A stretch of 64,000 nucleotides of DNA from Amphiscolops sp. MND2022 (lineage: Eukaryota): assembly GCA_964187785.1 (NCBI GenBank), contig OZ076409.1, positions 84,818,001 through 84,882,000 of the forward strand. The letters are read 5' to 3'. Below, piece after piece: positions 1-9,425 of the stretch. The first letter of the stretch is position 1. The number at the start of each line of letters is the position of its first letter. The notes beneath the pieces were generated by a model. That model saw only the letters and a list, made by a program, of their open reading frames with translations. It was not told where the DNA came from and searched no databases. The translations under genes were made by a program, and so were the position numbers.

Positions 1-44
1 GACGTCAGAACCGTGCCTGAACATTCCAGCAGTTTCACCAATAC

Positions 45-356
45 TTGACAATCCTTACCCTTCGCCAGGAAATTAAAGGAGTTAGAAGCAGGGTAACTTA
101 TCCTCCTGTAAATCCCAAATAACTATCCCGTCCTGTTGCCAATGAAAATTCTCCATGAGACAGATAGCTCACGATTGGCAATTCAACTACTCCCGCAGAT
201 AGAGCAAGACTTGACAATCCATGCCTCTCATCAGGAAATGAAAGGAGTTCGAGGCAGAAAAACTTATCTTCCTGCAATTTCCAAATAACTATCCCGCCCT
301 ATTGCCAATGAAAATCCTCTTTAAGACATATATCGCTAGATTCGCATTTTAACCTA
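45..356. repeat. Diverged direct duplication, ~165-bp period (2 copies)
   Basis: cttgacaatcc...caggaaat(t/g)aaaggagtt...ccaaataactatcccg...ttgccaatgaaaat occurs starting at ~45 and again at ~210. Confidence 0.8.
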
Positions 357-639
357 GTGATCGTTTCAGGCGCAAAACTTTGAATTGTCATTTCCACACG
401 ACGAATTCTTCACCCTCCGATTAGAGGTTTCAGTCCAGATCGTCTGTGAGTTTGAATATAAATTCATTAGGCGTCGTTGTTTTTGTCCGTCTGTATGTGG
501 ACGCCCATTTCTACCTCTGTGGAGAAGTTCGCAGCTTGATTCACCGCCTCTGTTGCTGCTGATACACGTCTGATATTGTCACGCAGGGGAATTCCTGAGT
601 TTTATTCGCCAGCAAGACGGCCAACAAAACAAAGAACAG

Positions 640-1360
640 CCAACAGAGTCAAGACAGATTTCGTCACTGTTGGATTTAACTACTACAGACACCTATTAGA
701 TGGTATCCTGAAGCAGTGTTAAAGTCCCATATCGTCAAAAGAATGACCGCTTTCGATCCTTACAATCTGTTTGAGCGACCTGTTGAGATAACCCTACGTT
801 TTTTTGATTCATTAGACAGCACCTTCCTCCGAGTGTGCTCCTGAGTGTCTGCCACCAAAGAAACAGTTTGTCGAGATGAATACTTGGAACTACTGAACTG
901 TCTGCGTGCCGCCGACTCTTCCAAATTTGACACGCTCAGTGCACCACAAGACTTGTGAGTTCCTTATGGGGTTTGAATTCATGCAGACCCCGGTACATCT
1001 CTCATAGTTGTTTAAGTTGTGCTGTTTATGTATCACTAGCCAAAGTCAACAAAACGAGGTTGTCACTTTTGGTAGTGTGAGTACCTTTGGGTACCAAAAA
1101 CAGTTTACAGATGTCATCTTGTTCTATCAAAGAAATCTCTCTGGTGTCCTCGATTCAGTTTCCGTGTCTGAGTAGGTTCTTCCTACTTGCCGCAGATTTT
1201 GACAGGTCAGCTTTTGCTCCTGATTACAGGCCCCGGACTTTTGTTGATTTTTTAACCGGTCTTTTAATTAAAAGTCCCTGCTTTTTTCTTACAAGTCCAT
1301 GGATGGAAAGTGAGTGCAATCCGCTTGGTTCTTGGAGACATCTTTTCGGTTGCTGGTGAA
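640..1360 (+). pseudogene. Decayed remnant of the antisense cargo gene (last-exon homolog) of older element D
   Basis: Manual translation gives LKSHIVKRMTAFDPYNLFE and FLMGFEFMQTPVHLS*LFKLCCLCITSQSQQNEVVTF (LFKLCCL at 1008-1028). These align with A VSSVVAKGLCSFSPEILLE / YLLQDFSFVARPEVCRVLKLCCLVVGVPAVQYPPVSF and B RVFKLCCL. Contains stops and frameshifts. Confidence 0.7.
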
Positions 1361-1485
1361 GTAGCCGTAAAAATGCGCAGAAAATCCAAGAGACGACAAC
1401 AAGTAAGCAGTGCTTTTACTCAGTTGTGAAAGAGTTAGCGCACGGTGCTGCTAAAAACTAAACGTATATATGTCGTTATGTTTTT

Positions 1486-1902
1486 TCAGTCTGTCAATTT
1501 GGAGAGTCTTTTTGTAATATTTCTGTTACGACTATTGTTCGGTGTTGTTTTAGAACTAGTCGCAGTTTGTGTTTTGACTGGGGTGGACGTTCCTGCTACG
1601 GAGATGTTTTCTTGGTCAGAATCAGAATCTTGCAAGTTCGGATTAACTGAACGTTTCTTGCTCGCAGGTGCTAATAATTTGAGCATTTCCTTTTGATTTT
1701 CAGCTAATATTTTTGTTAGATCAGTCATTATCTCTTTCCTCAGTGTTGTTTTTATTTCCTCCAGATTTTCAAGTTCAAGTCTAGGGTTTTTACTAGAGCT
1801 AGGTATCAGGTTCTCAGTGGAGTTATTTTCAGTTAGAGAAGCTTCAAAATCTCCCGACGCTAACTCGGCTATAGCTTTTCTCTTCTGGCTCCTTGTCGTC
1901 AT
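1486..1902 (-). other. Duplicate gag N-terminus carried by the 3' LTR of A, reading out into flanking DNA
   Basis: ORF MTTRSQKRK...TTPNNSRN is the same as the gag N-terminus and continues 12 codons past the LTR end (RNITKRLSKLTD*). Confidence 0.85.
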
Positions 1903-3868
1903 TTTCAAAGTTAAGATATCAGAGTCTTTGGCAAGAATTAAATTCTTCAAAGAAATTTTGGGTTTTCGTAATCTCAACGAGCAACAAAATTTTGAAACAA
2001 ATTCAAGTTCAACTAAAAATACATGTCCTTTCTACATATTTATACCTTCTTAGCATCATTTGTTCCTCACCTAAAAATTCCTAGGAATCCTAAAAATCGG
2101 GTTTGTTCAACAAAATTCGCCGATGATTCAAATTATTTCAGTCTGGCGTCATAAATTCAGGTATCGAAATTCCTAGTTGCGTCAACATTCCGTGAGACTT
2201 TGTTGAAATCATTTTTGTTCAGATAATCCATTTCCTGTTTGGTCTTCAAAACCGCGGTAAAATAGAAATCTAACTGACATTTTCATCGGCGCAAGCACGC
2301 CGGCGTGAACTATTAGTCAATATTCAACTCAAGGAGTTGGAATTTTGAGGAAAAAGATGATGTTCAAAAATGGCGACGGAAACGATACGTCGCTGAAAAT
2401 TCGCCGTTGAGAATATTTGAAATGAGAAACAAATGATGCTAATGGACATTAAGACAGACTGACTTCAGTATACAACAAACATGAAATCCAACATAAAAAT
2501 TGACTTGGGTTACGGGAATACTCCGTATCATGTCCCAAATACTAACTAACTGCAACTGCACAAGAATAAAACAATGTAACAAAGGCATTTCAAAACTGGT
2601 ACAAATCCGAAATTGCTTTCGGGATCATTCATTCATCATTATATTTAGGGTTAGGTTATAAAATTAGCATCAAACAGACATCAGTATAATTTACGTATAC
2701 ACTTCGTGACTTGGAATTAGGTCCTGAGTAGTACAGCTTTTATCATACAGAAAACATGACGTAAGTTTACGAGGATTAGTGCAAAATTCATCACCATCAA
2801 CTGACTATAAACTGCAAAAAGGCATTGGCATGAATTACGGGTACACTCCGTAATATAGTATTTAAGAAGTATAGCAATGGCGTAGTAAATTAGTATAGAA
2901 CTCAGGGCATTACTATTTTGTTCTTCTCATAATCCTTCCTTACAGAGCAGCTGTTTTCCTCTAAAACTTAATCAAGAAATTCCTTAGCTAATAATGAACC
3001 AGGAAAAATTCTCTTAAACTTTCATTCGTTCCATTCTTCCCTAACTATATGTTCTCAAATCACTCCGTAAATGCTTCGTATGTATTAAGATTGCTTATAG
3101 TAGAGAGGTGGACTACAATTTTACAATTCGCCACGTAACTGCTACGTACGTATAAAGATTGCTTATAGCTAGTAGGTCAGAGCAGACAGAAAGCGAGCGG
3201 AACGCGTAGGCGAATTCATTCTTTCTCTCTTATTCTGATTGGCGTTGCTAGGGGCAACCGAATTCAATACCGCTCGCGCTAGCTAAGAATAATCCTGCCG
3301 AGGAGGTGACGTTATTAGTCCGCGAAAGTGGAATATCTAATTTTAGCTCAGTAGAGTGACGCTGTCATTACGTTGTAAATCCCCTCTTAAGTCACTTGAT
3401 TGCGCCTTAAGTGGGTATTGACAACTACTTTACCACAGAGAACACCAAAACAATTCTGTCTTTTATGTATTTTCCCTTTTAGATCGTATGGATTCCGTTG
3501 GGATTGCGGGATTTTAAATGTGTTTTATTTTAGTGTGGAACTGAAGAAAAATCCCTGTTGTTAAATGTCTATTTTGGTATTTAGATCAGTATGGCAAACT
3601 TCAGAAGATTAACCGGATATGGAAGATCTATTAAGCGTGAAATCTTTTAACCGGAAGTTTTAGCTAAAATTCATTTCCTAAAATATTCCGTGACGCATAC
3701 GTTAGATTCTTATTCTGAAAAATTATCTACGAAATAATTTTAGCTGCACTGTAAGTAGAATTATATTAGTTTAGTTAGTATTTTAATGGTACTTGCAGTA
3801 TCCTCTTCCTCTGCCTCTTCCTAGGGCGAAACACCATTCACACCCACGACCGGGAGCGGGTCGTGACA
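1524..3868 (-). repeat. Element A 3' LTR (2345 bp)
   Basis: Near-identical to 15697-18041 (about 8 substitutions found by eye); minus-strand termini TGTCACG...CGTAACA. Confidence 0.97.
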
Positions 3869-4646
3869 GGGCCCCTCTCCTCGCTAAATACGTTGGTAGA
3901 CCGTGGCAATGGGGAATTTCTTTTGTGATTAGCACTGAGGGTCGGCTTAGGTAGTTTCTCATCGGGTGGGGGCCGCGACCTCTCCCCGCAGTCATACGGG
4001 CAATTCTCTTTTCTTCTTCTTCAAGTTCCCGCACCATGTTTTCGAAGTGCTCCCGTTCTTCTTGAGTGATTTCAGGTGGCTTGATTGGTTCATTCAGATC
4101 ATTCAAGCTTGAGTCTGCTAATTGCGTGCGGGGGGCGTTTACTTTTCTGCAGGGCTTGAAAGGAGGCAGGCTTGGCTTCTTTGCTACGTTATTTCCTCGT
4201 CCTAGGGACCTGAAAAATTGGCGGTCTTCTAAGTCAAGATCGTAGAGGGCCTCTAAGTCGTCTGTGGAGGGTCCGTTTCTTCCCTGGGCCACGATAGTCC
4301 CTCGTTTCCTTTCATTACCCAACGTGGGGAAATTTTCTTTTTCTTTACTTTGAGGGGGGAGAGTAGGAGTCTCAGGTTCTTCATAGTAGTCATCAGAGTC
4401 GACGTCTTCGGGTAGGGCAAAAGATACTCTTGTTAGCCTTTTCTTTTTCTTGGGTGTCGGTGTTTCTTTCGCTGGCGATTCTGGGCTTGACTCTAATTCG
4501 GCGTCGCTTCCACGGTAAACTTCCGTGGAAGAGTCACTGAGGTCAAGTCTTCCGACCATATTTACCGGTACGGTCTTCAATGGCGTGCTGTGTCTCATAT
4601 TTTCTTCATCTGATGAGATGTCGATGACTAGTGAATATCCTGCCAT
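3783..4646 (-). CDS. ORF X of element A: 287-aa acidic/Pro/Ser-rich protein with RG-rich, Cys-containing C-terminus; overlaps PPT and first 86 nt of 3' LTR
   Basis: Intact ATG-initiated ORF. A homolog occupies the same position in element B (IDISS.EE...STPL; SLNDL; ALS..APG.GC...GRG.G). Confidence 0.75.
   Translation of the reverse strand: MAGYSLVIDISSDEENMRHSTPLKTVPVNMVGRLDLSDSSTEVYRGSDAELESSPESPAKETPTPKKKKRLTRVSFALPEDVDSDDYYEEPETPTLPPQSKEKENFPTLGNERKRGTIVAQGRNGPSTDDLEALYDLDLEDRQFFRSLGRGNNVAKKPSLPPFKPCRKVNAPRTQLADSSLNDLNEPIKPPEITQEEREHFENMVRELEEEEKRIARMTAGRGRGPHPMRNYLSRPSVLITKEIPHCHGLPTYLARRGALSRPAPGRGCEWCFALGRGRGRGYCKYH
3869..3884 (-). other. Polypurine tract of element A
   Basis: Minus strand gcgaggagaggggccc directly precedes the 3' LTR TG. 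Confidence 0.7.
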
Positions 4647-5291
4647 TTTTTAGAGCGGTAGAAATTGCGAAGTTTCTTTTAATTTATGCAGGCGAGATTG
4701 TTTATTTAGATTAGTGAAGCGCTGGTCAAGCTTTGTGAAAGTTGAACGACAAATGAACGTTTCACTTTGCTTTCTTTTGTAATTCCCAACGAATTCTTAT
4801 TGGTCGATTTCTGTTTTCGTTCCGGTTCGTCTCGAGTTAGGTGAAACGAACTCTTTTCTGCTGCGCTGTGATTGGTTTAAATCTTTAAGGAAAACTTCTA
4901 ATTTTAGCTCTCGTCCTCTTTTAGATTAATGGCGTAATGACATCTTTGATTTTCATTGTCGAATTACGTCCGTATTTCATGATCTCTTGATGTTTTTATA
5001 TGATTTCCTTTAGTAATTCTCAATGAATGTCTATCCACCAGTAGTGTTTTTGGAAACGTTTTGTTTCGTCAATGCTTATGATAAGCTTGAGATATGAAGC
5101 TATGAATGGTTCCTTTTCCTTTTGAGTGAGAATGATATTAAGTTCTTTTAATTAGATGCGTTCACGTAACGCATTTTCGTCTTTTTCATTTTCCTCTTTA
5201 GGATTTCCGTGATAGTTCCGTGTAGTTTCTGTTTTATATTTCTCTTTTTCTTTTAGATTTCCTTGACAGTTCGTCTTTCTTCGTGTCTGGT

Positions 5292-8200
5292 ATGATGGAT
5301 CAAGAAGAGGTAGAACGTGGTACTGCTGTAACTTCTGGTCACATAAGTGGAAATGAGACTGGCTACAATTATTCCGAAGATGACGTAGTGTCTACGGAGA
5401 ATGTAGTTGGATTGTCTACTTCAGGTTGGTAAAATCTTTCTGACTTCCATGGGAATCCGGACCTTGGTATTTTTGGTGATCAGCCTTTTTGGTCCTACCC
5501 GTAACTCTGACGCGTCTGAATCCAGATCTTGATTTTCAGTAGCTCAACCTGGTTTTCCTTCCACTTCTCTTGGATTGGTTGTGGGAAATCCCTCTCCCGT
5601 ATTGCCACCAGCTAGTAGTCTCCTGTCAGTTGCAACTCCTCCTGGCTTTAGGGCTGCGCTTGCCCAGGCAGCTACGTCGGCCGTGCCCGCTGAATTTCCT
5701 CCTACTGAGGATATTGTTACGACTTGCTCTCGTACCCAACTCGATGCTGTGTCTCAAGGAGGTGAGACTGATTCCCCCTCCGAGGAAGAAACAAGTTAGT
5801 AGGTTTTGTCGTTGTCGTATTAATGCGCAGAAAAAAAAGGGTGGCTAGTGATGGGAGTATTTGGTTTGTGTTTTAGGTCCTTCAGTTCGTCAAAGGCGGT
5901 CACAGGTCGTGAGCTTTTCGACACCGCCTAAACGAGCTAAATCGGGCGATACTCCTCCTCCTTCACCATTGACTCCTGCCGAGGGGTGGATTAGTTAGTG
6001 TATTTTGTATTATCACACTGTTGCACAGGTATTGTTGTGGGGTTCGAATATTTTGACAAGTTAAAATAGTGTGATTTTTGAAATCATCTACTTTGCAGGG
6101 TTGTTTTGTAGTGTCGTTGTGTTGTAGGTAACGACGAGTTGACGTTGAGTCCGCAGGGTCTGAAATTGATGGGTCAGCAGATTGTGGAAGAAGTTGACAC
6201 GCGGACTGCTCGGGCAATTCGAAATAGTGAGTATTTGTTTGTACTATATGTATAGGTTAGTTGCAGGGTGGGTTTTTAGGGTATGGTTTTCCACGATGTC
6301 ATTCCGTTTGTCGTGTGTTGCAGGTTTCAGTGAGTTGAAAGCGAGGATGGACGCGCAAACTGGCAGTCGCACAAAAGCCAAAAAGTACAGTCGCAAGAAC
6401 ATGTTGAGCAAACGCATGTTATCGTTGCATCCCGCATATCGTGATTTCGTGAGCGGATCAAAGACAGGGGCCGGGACTCACTTTCATTGCCTGGTCTGTA
6501 AGCGTGATGTGGCCATGGGATCGCAGGGGTCTCGAGAGTTTGCTCGGCATTTTCAGTCTGACAGTCACTGGGACAAGGACGTCGTATACCGGGTTCATAT
6601 GGGCATGCCCGTGTTGAACAAACTGATGGAGCCCTTGCAGCTAAGTGAAGAGCAGCTTGCTGAATATCGCGCGAAGCCTTTCGTTGAGCTGGGTACTGGG
6701 TATCCGTTTCCTGAAGATCTCCTGCTGAAACACTCCCGCGTGGAATCAAAAATTCCCTTCATGACCTTTGTGGGCTGTCTCTGTGATTTGTTGCGTTGTG
6801 GAGGCGATTTTGCTCTGGTGCGGCAACTCTGGAGTCACTTTTGTGTGTCACTGGACAAGCAGAAGGCTGATTTCACTTTGCATTGGAGTCGTTCGGAATC
6901 CGTGGTAAGTTGTGTGTTTTGTGTGTTTGTCTTCCTGTTCATCGTTTGGAGTTTGAGAGTTCATAATTTCCCGGTTTTATTTGTTGTTTCCAATAGTGTT
7001 CTTCTTTTGGAGTTATTGTGCTCTTCTTCTTCTCTCTTTTTCTTTTCTTTTTTTTCTCTTTTTTTTCTCTTTTTTCAGACGTAGGTATAACGAATCATTG
7101 TGGCGTTTGTATTTTAGTCGTTTCTCTGTCAGGGGCTTGCTCCTCGAGTTCTCCGTCTAATGGTTAATGGGATAACGACGTTCAAGGACTATAGTATTCA
7201 GTTCGAGAAAGATCTTTTCGTGGAGCGTTGCTACGTCCTATTTTGGGAAAGTAATCAGTTGAAGAAAGTGTGTGTTGGGAGTGAGCCTATTGATCAGCCC
7301 GTTCCTGATGCAGAGTTGGTACCCTTGTCCCGCGTGATCCATGTTCTGGAGTCAAAGCATTTGCCGTTGATTGTTCGTGGTGCCAGTCCCAGTTTGCTGA
7401 GTGTGATGGGCAGTAATCGCTCGGATGGTCGCCGTTTTGTTGTGTACCACGAGTTCAATGAGGAGACCTTCATACAGTTCCTGCGTCAAGCCCATCAGGA
7501 CATATTTGGGATGGTAGATATTATTACCATCGTGGAGTATTTGATTCAACGGCTCCGGAATGCAGTTTACGAGGAGTGGACGGAGGACAAGGTTGTGCTG
7601 TGCAGATGTCTTCGAAGAGGCTCCGTTGAGTTCTATGAGTATCGCGAGTTATTGACGGACTTGATTAGTCTTTGGCCTTCAATTCGTCCGTACATCCGTT
7701 GCACTGTCAATCCCGAAGCACGTGGCAAATCAGCTACTGTTAGTATTTTTATTGGTTGCTTTGTCGTTTGCATCACGTGTTGTTTGTAGCTATAGTCGGT
7801 TGGATTGTGTTTTTGTTCTTTTCCAGATGTTGGGGACAGACTGGCATCTGATTGCTGATAACATGATCGTGCAGCGTTTGGGTCTGTTACGATTTGTTCT
7901 CGACACTTGTAAGTATGATGCTGATTGGTGTTGTTCTCGATTGATGCTTGTATCTATCCAGTATAATTGTGTCGTTTGTTATTGTCTGATTGCGTTTGGT
8001 GTTCGGTTGTAGTGTTCGGTATTATCTTTGTAAACCTTTGCTGGTGTTTTAGTTCAAATTAATTTTGAGAAGATGCGTCAGCAACGAAAGGATTACGGCT
8101 TCCATGGCTACAGTGAATTGTGCCATTTTGTGTATTGTCTACTTCTGCGGACTCGGGAGATTGAGTCATTGCCTGGTATCCATGATTGGGAGGCGTACAT

Positions 8201-9278
8201 GGACGTGAAGAAAATGTCCGAATACCCTGCTGCATCAATGGAGACTTTCTTGGACAATTGTGACTTCGGTCGTGAGTTGCTCGCTGGAAAAACGTCTGAG
8301 GCTCAGGAGTTCCGTGGATATTGTCGTGATTTCCTGGATCAGCTGGTCACTGTCATTTTGAACAGTCCTAGTGTGTCATCTGTTGTGGCGAAAGGCCTTT
8401 GCAGTTTCAGTCCTGAGATTCTGTTGGAGGGAGATGCCCATTCCGTGTTTACCTTGTTTGCGGATCTCACTGGAGTATTGGTTTCCTGTGGAATTTTATC
8501 GTCCGATGATTCCAACGCTGCTATTGCCCAATTCAGCAGTTACGTGGTGGAGAAAAGGAGGTGGCACGAAGGGTCTGACGTGAATGCCAGCGAGATCCCG
8601 GATGTGGTACGCTATTTGCTGCAGGACTTTAGCTTTGTCGCTCGTCCGGAAGTGTGCCGAGTTCTGAAGTTATGCTGTCTTGTAGTTGGGGTCCCCGCAG
8701 TGCAGTATCCTCCCGTATCATTTGACCTGAGCGGCTGTGCTTTGAGTAAAGCTGTCTTCCATGATTGCGTACGCTTAGTGCAATCGTACGTTTTGTGTGC
8801 GGGGTATGAGCATCAGGTGTTCTTTACTGATGTGACTTTGGATGCGGTTCGAGATGCCATCGTTACTGCAGGGATCTTTTATATTACTCCTGGCTATGAT
8901 CTCTGGAAGAATTACTGTGATCCTGGTGTGGACTCATTTATCGCCAACTATCGCAAATTGTATTCTACATTTTTGTTGGAACGCCGCAAATCTTCAGAGA
9001 GGTATTATGTGGAGTGCAATAAAGCGAACAGACGTGCTCGTGGCAGTGTCGGGGCTTCTGGATCGGAGACTGGCAGTAATGTGAGCGGCGCCTCGAAGAA
9101 GAGTAAGAGCGGGAGTACTACGATACATGGTGGTGCGTCCGGGTCAAAGTCTGTGAAAAAGGTATCTAGTCAGTCTAGTCATTCTGGACAGTCGAAGAAA
9201 CCAAAAAGTGGTACGAAGGGGCGGAAGAAAGATTCCAGTGAGGAACGAGATCCTGATGTCGTCCATAGAGTGGCATAA
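5292..9278 (+). CDS. Antisense, 8-exon cargo gene of element A (~1037 aa); putative degenerate hAT-transposase-like zinc-finger protein
   Basis: Manual model with exons 5292-5424, 5540-5794, 5877-5993, 6128-6226, 6324-6904, 7118-7738, 7827-7908, 8053-9278. All introns are GT..AG and phases are consistent (3114 nt). Contains CxxC-x15-H-x5-H motif FHCLVCKRDVAMGSQGSREFARHFQSDSHW. Several intron positions are shared with element B. Boundaries of exons 2-4 are less certain. Confidence 0.8.
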
Positions 9279-9425
9279 TTGTGATAGTAGACATTTATAG
9301 GTTGTAGACTGTTTGATGTTTGTTGTTGTTGATGATATTTTGGCGTTGTTTTAGTATTTTATTTGTATTTTTGTTATAATTAACGTAGTCACTCCGGTTC
9401 GGTTTGACATGAGGAACTTTTCGTT

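Noticed and set aside
3783..9278. env gene interpretation for the extra ORFs
   Set aside because: No signal peptide, fusion/TM segment or furin-site architecture. The hydrophobic tails of ORFs 6182-7084 and 7160-7789 are read-through into T-rich introns.
5200..9400. Independent hAT DNA transposon nested in A
   Set aside because: No TIRs or 8-bp TSD seen; the same position and orientation in diverged A, B and D argue for inherited cargo.
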